Counted from the first letter of the whole stretch, positions 12,697 through 25,151 are shown. The stretch: DNA of 62,146 nt, filler included, from Dugesia japonica (GCA_001938525.1; 6 parts of 6 records of this genome joined end to end with filler, not necessarily neighbours in it); one strand, 5' to 3'. Program-made: numbers and translations. The notes: generated from the sequence alone by a model not told the origin.

Positions 12697-15600
12697 GATG
12701 ATGATAATCGATAAGGTTATTAAAAAATGGAGTTACTAGAGTAATTTTCATTGAGTAGCGGCAATACCAAAGAAATAATAGTAGTAGTCGTCAGAAACAT
12801 AATTGTAGGATAGGATCATAGAGTAAAAATTTGTGATAGTAATAATGGTGGTAATGATATTAAAATACTAGATCCTGAGCAATGCTACTTAAAAGATAGT
12901 AGTCCAAGCGGCTGCACTAATTGGGAGTCTGTTGCTAGAATGTTTTTTGTGATTAGTCATATGAGTGATGATGAAAATAAAACACACTTACGGAAATCGA
13001 TACAAAAAATCTCTACTAACCGAAATCGTTGTTTTATTTGTGTGAAACTTTTATCCTGCTTCTAAATTCGTAATCCACTTATTTGAGGTCCACCTAATTT
13101 TTATTATTTTTATTTGGGTGTTTCACCTTAGCATAACTTAAATGAAATCACGTGTTAATCGGTCAGTAACCATACAAGGCATGTAATGGAGAAATGTCAA
13201 GTCATATGTGTTAAATGTGGAAATGTCGANNNNNNNNNNNNNNNNNNNNNNNNNNNNNNNNNNNNNNNNNNNNNNNNNNNNNNNNNNNNNNNNNNNNNNN
13301 NNNNNNNNNNNNNNNNNNNNNNNNGGAGGACGCGATTACGTAAGCTTTGGTAAAGATCATATATATTAAATACCACAAAAGTCCAATGAAACAGGCTACT
13401 CGATAGCTAAACAGGACTCCAATAATAGGCTTTCAAGACATGACGCTTCACATTATCTTGAGGCTTGCTGAGAGTTTGGTTACGATTGGTCAGAAAATTA
13501 TTAAATATGTTGTTGGTTACATATAGTAGAGTCTTTTTAATAAGGAGTGTGTTAAGAAGACATATGAAACTCAACAGCATGTTGTAGTACGTGTTTGGAG
13601 TATGTGAGCGGGAGTGCATTGAATATACTAGGGAATTGCGATGTCAGATCTATGATGATATATGATATAGATATAGTCTCACTTGAGTTTTATGCTTTGG
13701 ATAAACTACCGTTTAGTGTTGACATCATAATTGGGAATGAAATCCTTCTCAGGAACAAGATTACTATTAAATCTTCCAACGGAAAATGGCAAATAGCTGT
13801 TGGAAAAAAGTATTTGGGAATCATACCAAGTGAAGGAAAACTTATAGATACATGCGTCACAATACCAGAGAATGATCAGAACTTACTGAGTGATGACAAT
13901 GTTTTCACATCATGGTTTAAAAATGGAAGTTCACTGTGGAAAACCCTATTTGTCTAAAATAATGTCGCAATTGTCCGATGGTTTCTGGTAACTTGCAGTT
14001 AATCAACGGTGAGATATAAAGCTGAATACAAGATAAAATACTGGCTTAATGGAATTCAGAAAAACATGGAAAAGTTAGGAACATGATTTCCTTCATGAGT
14101 ATGCGACAATTCAACAGTGGTAAAACAAAGGTGCGGCCTGTACTTGATTACAGGTTCTTAAATGATCACATTGTTATTTGTACAAGTTAGTCTTTTCTTA
14201 GTTGCCAAGAAAGACTCAAAGAATGGCATACGTTTGAGTCTGTTATAGACCTCAACAAGACTTACTTTCAAAACAGAATCTACAAAGATTTCTGTACTCA
14301 CCAAGTTGTACAACTTAGAAACAGGCTATATGTTATGACTAGGCTTGGGTTGAACATTGCGCCAAAGGTTTCGGAAAATAAAATGTTCTAAGTCACAAGT
14401 TATATCGACAGCATTTTTATCACGGAAAGAGGTTATGCGATTTAATCAAGTTGTCGAGATTTTTGAAAGGTATGAATTGACATCAAAACTCATAGAGAGA
14501 TTAAGAGTTGTTGACATTATCATAGTTTTGGGTCTTAGTGCGGATAATGTCTACCGAGAAAAGGAACTGCCTCAGCATAAAAACGGCCTACTGACACTGT
14601 AAACGGTGCTTGGGATTTTTGGTGTGTGGATAAGTCACGTTCCTCTTTGCAGATCGCTAAGGGTAGCATGTTTAATGGCAAAAGAGAAAATATAATGGGA
14701 TCAAATTGCGTCTCAAAATGTTTAAAATATGATTGAGAACACTGTGGAAATTATTTCCGAATGGAGTGACCAGCAAAAGGTTGAGTAGTAACTATATGAA
14801 CTGATGCTGTTAGCATTGAACTGGATGTTATATTGTCTGTCGATAATGACATAGTAGAAGATATATCATGTCTGCTATAGGAACAATATTCAAGTCACAT
14901 CAATCTCAGTGAGTTAACGCAGCATTAAGTTGTGTGAAATTAGCAATTACGTGGGGATTCAAAATGTTTCGCATAATTGTGGATTTGTTATGGTTTTTAA
15001 TATTGCGTATCTTTTTGTTCAACTAAATTTTATATTGCTTTATTATAAATAAATAAAACTTTCTACATTCTTTATATTTCACACCGTGTAAAGAGGGTTT
15101 ATTCATTCAATTGGTTTTATCTATCTGGCCCTTTAAAGATGTCTGATAACAATGAATCAAAACCGAATGAACCAAATGTTTATTCACTGGAACATGGTTT
15201 CTTATTAAAACTTTCCAAGTGTCAAATAACTATACAAGAACTATTATATACGTTTTTGTTTTTCTACTGATAAATAAATATTTTTATCAATTGATAATTT
15301 ATTATTTATCATATTTTAATTAAAAGAAATTTACTAGATGCTAACATTGACTTGCAATTACAACAATGATAGACAGAAATTTTATATCGTTGATCTTTTT
15401 GATAATAACTTATCAAGTGATCAACTCTATGATCTTGAATTAAATTCTATTCTTTTATCATTAACCGAAATTTGGAGTCAACATATGATTTCCATTGAAG
15501 AAAAGGCACTATTGAGTACATTATGTTTTTATACAGCTGGTAAATTGATGTTTTTATAATGAAATCGAAATTATAATTTTCTTAAGATGTCCAGTTGAGT

Positions 15601-15895
15601 ACTCAAGAACGAATAAAAATGGATCAGGCTTTAACTGTAGTGTTAAAAGCATTTCGATATCCAATAAAATCAAGCTCAAAAATGATTTCTTCAAGATTTG
15701 CTACGATATTTACGTTAATACCTGAAATTAAAACCTGTTCAATGAAATGTGAGTTCCAAACTTTTCCAAATAAGAATATTTAATTTCATTTTAGTTGTGA
15801 CAATTATTTACGATTATTGTCATTCCCAAAAAATGGATTTGCCGAAAATTATTAAAGAATATGAGAAGCATCACTGCATATGTTTTTTTATATGA
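9252..15895 (+). CDS. Divergent nuclear receptor, ligand-binding domain (3' exons 9252-9392, 15338-15539, 15587-15748, 15795-15895)
   Basis: Phase-compatible GT-AG exons give LVNILPGIKQLNPNSLDCLTTSVYFDIL (helix 3-5 signature), EEKALLSTLCFYTAD (helix 8), RFATIFTLIPEIK (helix 10/11) and LPKIIKEY (AF-2-like), then TGA. The DNA-binding domain is not on this contig. Confidence 0.75.
10427..12430 (-). mobile_element. Degenerate Ty3/gypsy pol (RT-RNaseH-integrase) inside the nuclear-receptor intron
   Basis: AFSTKDGQFRFNRIPFGLATVPATFQK (RT). FILDTDLSFGAIDAVLSQ and RTDHKAL (RNase H). IIDRFSK, RFGKPTRILT, SPFGIIFG and YEGPCQI (integrase/GPY). Many frameshifts. Confidence 0.9.
12700..15000 (+). mobile_element. 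Second degenerate Ty3/gypsy element (gag-pro-RT-RNaseH) in the same intron, opposite orientation
   Basis: Cys-knuckle remnants at ~13150-13230. Protease-like ORF 13595..13957 (DIIIGNEIL). KVRPVLDYRFLNDH, IDLNKTYFQ, YVMTRLG..LNIAPK and YIDSIF (RT). TDA..SI...VEDISCL...HINLSEL (RNase H). Confidence 0.8.
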
Positions 15896-16009
15896 ATTGG
15901 TGTTATTTTAAAAATAAAAATTTTAAATTTTATTTTTTTTATTGTGAAAATTACACTTTGTTTAATTATTCCCTTTTTTAATATTTTTAAACATTGATCT
16001 GTGAATTAA

Positions 16010-16256
16010 AAAAATTAAATATTTTGAAAATTACGAAAATAATCTAAGGCGTAGATCGAAAAAGTTTCAAAAAATGTTTCTTTTAAAAATTTTCTTGAAG
16101 AAGATAAAATCGAAAATTTGGAAAAATAAAAAACGTTTTTTGAAAAAGTTTTTGTTATTTTAATAAAAATTTTAAAAAGAAACATTTTTTTGAAACTTTT
16201 TCGATCTACGCCTTAGTTTATTTTCGTATTATTGAAAATATTTAANTTTTTTATTT
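16010..16256. repeat. Fold-back inverted repeat (MITE-like)
   Basis: Arms of ~85 bp: ...tacgaaaataatctaaggcgtagatcgaaaaagtttcaaaaaatgtttc... and ...gaaacatttttttgaaactttttcgatctacgccttagtttattttcgta... Confidence 0.8.
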
Positions 16257-18466
16257 AAATTTTAATCTATAAAATTTGTAATTCTTTTTTGTTTTATTTT
16301 TTCTAGTCTAGTTTTTTAGTGAGAATTTTTCCATGGAGATTTTTCTCATTTTAGAATTTTTTTTAATTTAATTGATGGATNNNNNNNNNNNNNNNNNNNN
16401 NNNNNNNNNNNNNNNNNNNNNNNNNNNNNNGATGCAAAAATGAAGTAAAATAAATTAAAATTTTCATTAAAATGTAATTAAATAAACTGAAAGGAACAGC
16501 TATGATAAAAATTATTAATTTACCATATTTTCTCATAGATAAAGAGCATCTAGTAGATCTATCACTTCTCATGCGTCTTTGTCTTTAATCTTTCTTTTCT
16601 TACGCTTGGATAATTACCTGATATTAAACGTATGAATAATTAACCCTTTCTCCCAACCTTTTATACCTAAAATTAACATTTTTCTTTCTTCAGCTTCCTG
16701 ATTTTCTGGTCGTCTTTCCTCATGATTCTATATTTTTTTATGTTCACTTTGACTATATTAGCTATGTTTCGTACCGCATCAACTGAATCTCGCTCGTTCT
16801 CTACTTGATCTACCAATCTCAATGTTTCTATTATTATCTTCGACATTTTTCACTTACGAAGATATTTACGCGATACAGAGAAAGAGTTATTCAAATGTAT
16901 TAAAAGGAGACCGAAATATTCATGAGAGCCGAGCTTAAAACCGGCCATCAATTAATTTTAAAACAAATAATAATGTAATATATGAAAAACCAAGAACAGA
17001 AATGCCAATGTATCAGAGAATATACAACGAGAGGATGTCACAACCAGTGATTACAGAATTTAAGTAGGAAACTGATAGTTTCGATGAAACAGATTGCAAG
17101 ATGTCATTTTAACAGATGTAGGGTATTACATCTGTCTCATAAGAAGAAAGATTAGTGCAAAGTGTCACGATTTATTTATTATATATTAAATTGATCAAGA
17201 ATTTCTATATTATTTAATTGTGCTAAAAACTTTATGATTGTAAATTTGGATTTATTTCGTGATTCTGCTTTAAATACTCAAGCGCTGATTAACAATGGTA
17301 AACAAAAACACATACCCAATCACTAGAAGATTGNTGCCAAAGTGTTTTGCTGATTAGATTACTTTGTTCATTAAAATATGTGAAATATAGAAAAAGTAAA
17401 ACAATGTAATAAAAATTAAGCAAGTATATAAGTTATGAATATGAAGTAGAAAGAATTGAAAAGAGTGATATTGAGCAGTAAAAATATTGTATAGTAAACT
17501 ACATGGACAGTTGGTTGTGATGGTAATCTTATATTGTAATTAGTATTAACTGGTACTATGATAATATTTGATGAGAAGTGACGATAAATTATAATTATAA
17601 TTAAATTATAATTATTGAATATCTTTCTTCTGAGTAAGTTATATCCACAGCGTTAGAGACGGCGACACCTTATTTGAACAGAGAAGCGGAATTACCAGAT
17701 TTATTTGAATAAATATTGTAAAACATAAAATATTTGAAGCAATTGAAAAGAAAAATACGACACCTGTATTATTGAAGAAGATTTTACAGATAGATAAATG
17801 ATGGAGATCGTTGGACGCGAGTCTTGGATTAAAAACAGTAAAGTAGATAAAAAATTAAAATAAATAATAACGACCACAGAAAACGTGTTGATGGTGTATA
17901 AATAGGACGAGGAAAGAAAACGTCTGATAAAACATAAAATAAGAATAANNNNNNNNNNNNNNNNNNNNNNNNNNNNNNNNNNNNNNNNNNNNNNNNNNNN
18001 NNNNNNNNNNNNNNNNNNNNNNNNNNNNNNNNNNNNNNNNNNNNNNNNNNNNNNNNNNNNNNNNNNNNNNNNNNNNNNNNNNNNNNNNNNNNNNNNNNNN
18101 NNNNNNNNNNNNNNNNNNNNNNNNNNNNNNNNNNNNNNNNNNNNNNNNNNNNNNNNNNNNNNNAATATTGGATTTGTTAGATTGTGTAGAATAGATAATA
18201 TTGATGTTTGGATTTTGAAAAGTAATTTAATAAATACCGAATTTCTATTAAACTTTAAATCGTAATAAGCCTATTATAAATCCTTTGGTTTTTTTTATGA
18301 ATCACCCTGTATATTTAAATAATTTTAGTTAATTAACCATACTAAAGTGATCGAATTCTTGGAAAATTTATATTATTAATCAATGTTTTTATCTATTTCT
18401 TTATTTTTCATAGTATAGTAGTATTGATTATATTTATTAAATATTGATCTTTCTAGAATAGTTTTA

Positions 18467-18630
18467 TAATTACAATTATTGTGAGAATAATTGCTGGACA
18501 ATTAACCATTGATCGCATTTGAGATTTCATTAAAATAAAGAAAAAACTTCGATCAAAATAAAATGTATTTTTTTTACAAATACATTTTATTTTGATCGAA
18601 GCTTTTTCTTTATTTTAATGAAATTTCTAG
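18467..18630. mobile_element. Palindromic repeat family copy
   Basis: caattattgtgagaataattgctggacaattaaccattgatcg...ttcattaaaataaagaaaaaacttcgatcaaaa, followed by its inverted copy. Confidence 0.75.
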
Positions 18631-18849
18631 AATATTCGAATATTTTAACAATTTACTATTTGATATTCAAATCGGTGGTTTCGACTAATATTTAGTAGTT
18701 CTAATACAGGTCAATGGTTATCAAGTGAAAATATTTAATAATAAACAAAGTAATAAACAAATGCGATGTAAAGTATTACTGATATTAAATTACATGAATT
18801 CAATCAATTTATTTTTTCAAATAAATCTCAATAATTTTATATCTAAATT

Positions 18850-19878
18850 TTAAAATCTAATTACAAAAATCTCAGTTTTCAATGTACATAAATTCACCAA
18901 ATTTTTGATTTTATACCAGAATTCTTTATTTCCAAGATGCATAAACAAATGAACAGTGACAGCGTCTTTTGTTTTCAGTTTCTGTAGTTCTCGATGAAAT
19001 CGTAATTCAATACAACCACGAATTTTCCAATTATGTTGAAAGTTGTAATCGCATAGACTTTCAAGATGACTTTCACTGAAAGGAGAAAATAAATAGGCAT
19101 TCGCTAAAATGATTTGATTCGATTTAACTTTGTTTTTTGTTTGTATAGTCATTTTTTTAAATGATCTAAAAGTGTTTGTAAGCATAATTGGACCGGTTTG
19201 ATGGACAGCAGAACTTTGATCAGCGGTCGTTAATTTTTCGATGAGATATTTGAAAAACTCATGATCAGCTATACACGCCATTAAACTATTCATTGCTAAA
19301 TATGGTAAATTCCATAAAATTCTTGTTTGTTCTTCAATTTCTCTACTAAGAATACAAGAATGATTATTGAAAACGGTTTCAAAAGACTTTTGACATCGTG
19401 TATCAAAATCCATATAAATACCACCGAATTTTAATAAAATAAAATAACGGTTAATATCCGATATTTTCAAAGCATCGGTAAAATTCGCAAAATAACTATT
19501 GTAAATATGTAAATAATCCTGATAATTACTAATTATTAATTGATATGCTGAAAAATCACTCCAAAATACGAATCGAGCATCTTCATTAACTTCCATACAT
19601 TGTTTTACTAATGGAGAATATTGATTCGGTATGTAGGACGTACGGTAAATATAATGAATTATTTTTGGAATTTCATTTCTATATTTATTTATTTTTCCAT
19701 AAACCATTAAATCGTCGGTTGAAATAATCGAGCAAAATTTTCGGGGAAAGTTTTCTGAAAATAAAAATTTCCGTCCGAATTCCCAACAAAAATATATGAC
19801 AATGATAACTATAAATGTCCTATAAATATTAGTTTTCAATTTACTGTTCAACCACGGTTTTACATATATGTTACGCAT
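18850..19878 (-). CDS. Intronless glycosyltransferase family 32 (DXD sugar-binding; SUR1/OCH1-like), type II membrane protein
   Basis: ATG at 19878 (the ORF track starts at an upstream TTG). N-terminal TM segment (TFIVIIVIYFCW), IPKIIHYIY, SDINRYFILLKFGGIYMDFD, NSLMA...HEFF and TGPIMLT: the canonical GT32 motif series. Confidence 0.9.
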   Translation of the reverse strand: MRNIYVKPWLNSKLKTNIYRTFIVIIVIYFCWEFGRKFLFSENFPRKFCSIISTDDLMVYGKINKYRNEIPKIIHYIYRTSYIPNQYSPLVKQCMEVNEDARFVFWSDFSAYQLIISNYQDYLHIYNSYFANFTDALKISDINRYFILLKFGGIYMDFDTRCQKSFETVFNNHSCILSREIEEQTRILWNLPYLAMNSLMACIADHEFFKYLIEKLTTADQSSAVHQTGPIMLTNTFRSFKKMTIQTKNKVKSNQIILANAYLFSPFSESHLESLCDYNFQHNWKIRGCIELRFHRELQKLKTKDAVTVHLFMHLGNKEFWYKIKNLVNLCTLKTEIFVIRF

Positions 19879-20041
19879 GACAAAAAGAAATAAATTTGTA
19901 AAATACAAATTTAATAAATTTAATTTTTAAACGAATTAACAAATAAATCTTGATGTATCTCAAATTTGTATTGGCACGATGCAAGGAAATTATAAACAAA
20001 GTTTCACTGGCTGATTCAAAATTCTATCACAGCAATTCAAC

Positions 20042-20107
<66 letters not shown>

Positions 20108-21693
20108 NNNNNNNNNNNNNNNNNNNNNNNNNNNNNNNNNNNNNNNNNNNNTTAATTAATTAANNNNNNNNNNNNNNNNNNNNNNNNNNNNNNNNNNNNN
20201 NNNNNNNGAACTTTTTGTATAAACGCAAAATTAAGATTTAAATTATAACTAGGTGTTGGTAAATTTTATTTTGTTTGTTTATATTTGCTTAACATTTATA
20301 TAATTCTTAATACAGCAAATAGCTTAATAGTGAAAATTATCAGACTTCATAGAAAATGATTATGCTAAATTTGTAATAATTTAAAAGAGATTTCGTAAAT
20401 AAACAACTTTTAAGAAATTTAATGAAACGAAAGTGTAAAGATTGACTAAATGAGAAGAGTTCAATAAATGTGGTGTAAAGGAATAAATCGATGAAAATAG
20501 ATGCAATGAGCGAATATGAAAAAGTTAATAAAGAATTAAATAATAAAATAAATACATGAAAACGGTTTCAAGAGGAAGAAGCTTATAATCTATTGAACAC
20601 ATAACAACTGAGCTTTCAGTAATTAACAAGTATTAGTTGAAAGATTATATAAATAATCAACAAAATAAAATGATAATAATGTAAGTATATAGAAATGATA
20701 TTATTGAAAATCAATGCAAACATTTATATTTATTTCAGTTAAAATAATCTAATGAGCAAATTAAAATTTTAGAAAAATAATAATATTGGTCGTATTGGGT
20801 AAATTTGTTGGGCTTTCAGCTTTCTTACTCGCTTTCTATCAATCTTGTTTTCCCCATCTTTTTATCGTTCGTTTAGTTCATCATCTAGGACTTTGATGCG
20901 CAAAGTGGGGGCCGCGTTAATTTCTTTGGTCGGGTCGCGAAAAAAAATAAATTTAATCATGTTTCAATAGTTAACGTTAAACAAACCAGAGTGGTCATAG
21001 AACATCCCACTGACTGAGGAATCAATAAAATATGATAGAAATTGAATTGAATTATCTTTTGTAAATATTTGTCATTAATTTTTATTAATAACCAGTAATA
21101 ATCATTCATTGTAAATTATTTTTTTTATTTTGGATAAATGGGTAGGTAAATGAAAAAAACTATCTATTGTCTTTACTACTCGTATTTTTATAAATAATTT
21201 TTTAAAATAAATTATTATTGATTTAAAAAAAGCTTCTTTTTAAAATTAATGTAAATAAATAATTAGTAAGCCATTTTAAATATATGTGAGAGTTCGTGTG
21301 AATCCTAATCCAGTTTCATGTTTTATAAAAGCATAGAGTATTTCTGATAATAATTAATACTTAATAATATAATAATAATAATAATGTTGGGTTTTTAGGA
21401 TTTGATGTTTTAGAATTCTATCGTTGAACTTATCGCTCTCGCTTTTAATAATTAATAATTAGTTTACACGTCTAGGGGCATACCTAAAAACCACAAGCAT
21501 TTATGTCACCTCTGTGACATGCCCCTTTCTTTCCACGGGTTCAGCGCGACTTTGTGGTATCGCGTCTTACTCATAAAATCTGTGAACCCGGTCTGTACTA
21601 ATCTAACATGCTCAGTAAAAATAAATCTAATGGATGCAACCAAATAAGTAGTACTATGGCACAAAAATCATTCCAATCCACACTCATTAACAT

Positions 21694-22040
21694 TTATTTT
21701 TTACAGGTGTACTTTGTTAACTCGGCATCCAAATCGTTTGTCGACTCCGTGATTGTGCTTGTTTCCTCTGGGGATCGATAGTGGAGCCACAACGTTCGCA
21801 GAGATACAAACATGGAGCTTTCTCTATCCGCGTACGTCTTGATGGCGTCGGCAATCAATCGGTTAGCGTGCTGAAGGGACAGTTCCTTCTCCTTGATTTG
21901 ATTCTACTTGGCCGCCGACTTCTGTACTTGTCCTTTCAGCCGCAAAATTTCATTTTTTAATCCCCTCCGCTCCTCCTTTCATCTCTGCTGGGTGGCTACG
22001 ACATCTTTCTTCTCCATGCGATCATCCGTAGACTTATTCA
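21694..22040 (-). pseudogene. Cassette exon: coiled-coil small protein, family A (split start A|TG; two premature stops)
   Basis: tttatcatttatag|TG AAT AAG TCT... gives (M)NKSTDDRMEKKDVVATQQR*KEERRGLKNEILRLKG...IADAIKTYADRESS...YTCKK*. The stop overlaps AATAAA. Confidence 0.65.
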
Positions 22041-22098
22041 CTATAAATGATAAAAATTAATATCATGAGTCGAAAATTGGATTATAATAGATTTAACT

Positions 22099-22168
22099 GA
22101 GATAAGATTATTTTAACCAACGAGATAAGATTATTTTCAACCAACGAGATAAGATTATTTAACCAAGT
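22099..22168. repeat. 3 x ~23-bp tandem repeat containing AGATAAG (GATA-type motif)
   Basis: gagataagattattttaaccaac, three near-identical copies. Confidence 0.8.
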
Positions 22169-22398
22169 TGGAAAATTAATAGAACGCGAGATAGACGCTC
22201 CGTACTGGCATTTTACATTGACACATTTATCCGCAAACAAAAATTTTTCTTTTAAAATTTCCGTAAACTTATTATTACCTCTACCGACAAAAGGAACGAA
22301 ATAAAAGCAAATTTTTTAACTACAGATGTGACATACAAATCACTCAAATTTAATAATTATTAAAATCACTAGATAGCAAAACGTTTCACACTCAACAT

Positions 22399-22816
22399 TT
22401 ATTGATCATTCTCCATCATCGACTCAACTTTTACAATGCGGAGCTGCTGAGGAATTGCCTGCTCGGCGACACTCTCAGATTTCAGCTCCAGNACCTGATC
22501 CTCCAGATATCCCAACTGAATCCGACTTTCCACTTGATGCCTTATGAATTGAGCCATACTCTCCTGAATTAAGTCCATTCCTCGACGGAGCCGCTCATTT
22601 TCCTGCTGACAGATCTGGAGAGTGGTCTGGGTATCGGCCAGTTGTTGCTTCACATTCCGAAATTTGGACACTAGTTACCCACCTTTTTGGAGCATCGTAT
22701 TTACTTCGTTGTTTTTCTAACAACTCCATCGTATTCCTCCAGGGAACCCAGAAAGTTCCCTCCTCTCAATCATTTGTGAGCACCAGCGGTATGTGAGGTT
22801 TGTAATACTCCGTCAT
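22399..22816 (-). pseudogene. Cassette exon: coiled-coil small protein, family A-like (one stop, one frameshift)
   Basis: ttattttatcacag|AAATATG gives MTEYYKPHIPLVLTND*EEG...KYDA. The frame then shifts into ORF 22399..22671 (...QENERLRRGMDLIQESMAQFIR...). The stop overlaps AATAAA. Confidence 0.6.
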
Positions 22817-24768
22817 ATTTCTGTGATAAAATAAGTAATAAAATTAAAAGATTTTAACAGCATTGTGAAGTGTAATTCCATGTAATAAAATTTGCATAAA
22901 ACAAAACGTCTCTTCGGCCTGTGGCCTATTAGTTCTGATTCCCCCGCCTCTATAGTACGAACCAGAGAAGATGTCCACCAAAGCAGCCATCTTTCCTAGT
23001 TCCTACTACTTCGAAGCTCTAACAAGAACTCCTTATCAGCTTGTTTTTTAAGAAATCCATAATCAAGTTGAAAAATTTATCATTAATCATGATCAATCTA
23101 TTATGGCTTGCTAATCAAATTTATTAAATAAAAAAAAATTTTAAGACATAACCCTATTCCATTTTAAAACTTAATATTTTTCGTAAAGTATAAAATTATA
23201 ATACAACCATTTTCAGAAAATTCCTAACTAAAATTATAGAATGGATTTAATAAACAAAATGAAAAGCTAAATCATTCATTTCTGAAACTTAATATTAAAG
23301 CATAAAATTATACAAATAAAAAAAATTTATTTTGTATTAGAAAATTCATAACTAAAATTATTGAATTACTTTACCGAATAAAATGAACATGAACATAAGG
23401 AAGCAACAATTTAATCAATTAAACCCCGATCATAAGCCTTATTAATCGAGCTCCTAACGTCAAACCATGTCCCACTCAAGAGGATCATACACTCTTGGAT
23501 GGTAAAAAAATTTGCTCTTGTATATCTGGGTTTTCCATAACTCAACTCATTCGCACTACTTAGCGACTTCTGCTGCAACTCATTCTTTTCAGTCAGATAA
23601 TATTGTTTTACTGTAACTTGCTCTCACTGATTTCATCACTTTTCCCGTCGGATTAATTCATTATATCTCCATCATAGAATCGTCTTCTCATTTTCAGGCA
23701 GTCTCATAAATTTGCTACAATTCCTTATCCATTCACATCTATTTCAATAATGATTACACAGTGGAATTTCGTTCTCGAACTTTGTGAATCTTCTCAACAT
23801 ATCAAATTTATTTCAATATGGTTAACATATTATCATTACGGTTTGCCAGTGTATCAAGCCGATTTCAGCTGGGTAGCACATTCTCAAAATCATCTAAATT
23901 TCTGGTTTCTATATATATTTAACTACTTAGGAGCACGATTGGATTTGTCGATGAGCATTCGAATCATAAGACAACATATATGAAAATGGTAATTTTAATC
24001 TCAATGAAATAAACAAAATTTACTTTCAATAATCGGCTGTTCTCTTTGATTGAAACAATTAAAATTCGAAAATTTAATGCACAATATCAGGGATTTGATT
24101 GAATAAAACAAAATTTCTTTTTTATGTCACTTGCTAGTAAAATTTTAATGAACAGTAAATCTAAATCTTTACTCGGTGCAAACAAGTTTTATTTCTTGCT
24201 TGCACCCTAACTTGTAACAGTTTATTAGCTCGCCAATCAGTTTCAAGTTGGACCCAATCCGAGTATATGATTGGTGTGGTTGGTGTGCTTCCCTCCTTAT
24301 GATTTTATGAAATTTTTGGTGCACACTAGTTTTTTGCACTAGAATTTATTTTGCAGTCACCTCGTATGACCTCTGGTAGTGACTGAGGAGAAGTCCTTGT
24401 CTAGCAGGAAATTATTCAGCTTATCTGCTGATGATTTTTGGTTTATTTTTCGTCAACTAGACAAGGACAGATGTCTGGACCAGCCATAATTATAATAATA
24501 ATTAATATCAAATGGATAATATTGTTGGGGTTCCACCTGAGTTGGAAAAGTGACTGGGGAAAAACAGCCCTCAGGGAAACCCTTTCAAGAATTTACCCTA
24601 CCGTCCTTATGGTAGGTTTTCAGTTTATTGCGGTTGACCTTACTCTTGATGGAAGGTGCTCACCAATAAACCTTTACTTTGGGTTCTATCTATTTTCCCT
24701 AATATTATTTTGTGAGAATTAAAACTCTTTAGTATTCTAATCAAAATATTTATTTAATAATAACATAA

Positions 24769-25151
24769 TTATAATAAATCCAAAGCTTCCGGATCTAGCC
24801 ATTGGTCGGGGGAAGTGGTGACGAAATTAAAAGCAGCAATGTCATCGTCGTCATCCCACTGGGTCGTATTTGGGTTTCCCAGTTGACGGGACAGATCGGA
24901 TATATACTGCTTGAGGAAGTCTATCTTACGCTGTAAGAGAAGTTTATTTTCCGCTTCCAACGCTTTAGTTTGGATTGCTAAATCGGATTGCTTTTTTATG
25001 ACAAGATCGAGTTTTTTAATTAGTCGATCGCGTTGGTCTAAGTGTTTGAGCAAAGCCTTATCAGCTTTTTTCTTCAAATGTCGTTCAACGAGGAGACGGT
25101 GTAAGAGGCGGTGACAACGCCTTAAACTAGTGGGGAATTGAATTCTAGGCA
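24769..25151 (-). CDS. Cassette exon: 127-aa basic coiled-coil protein with acidic tail (split start A|TG)
   Basis: ttcttatcatttcag|TG CCT AGA ATT. The ORF has no in-frame ATG at all. TAA is followed by AATAAA about 15 nt downstream. Confidence 0.7.

Noticed and set aside
12533-12751. Poly-Ile/Tyr ORFs here and at 19950..20159 and 57282..57464
   Set aside because: Translations of (AAT)n microsatellites and N gaps.
21474-21530. HDV-like ribozyme
   Set aside because: P1/P3-like nesting is present, but the GG after P1 and a clear P2/catalytic-C segment are missing. Kept only as an unclassified structure.
22661-22680. A fourth ag|TG split start at 22670
   Set aside because: No pyrimidine tract upstream (gggtaactag), and coding-like sequence continues to a better acceptor at 22821. 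A frameshift explains it better.
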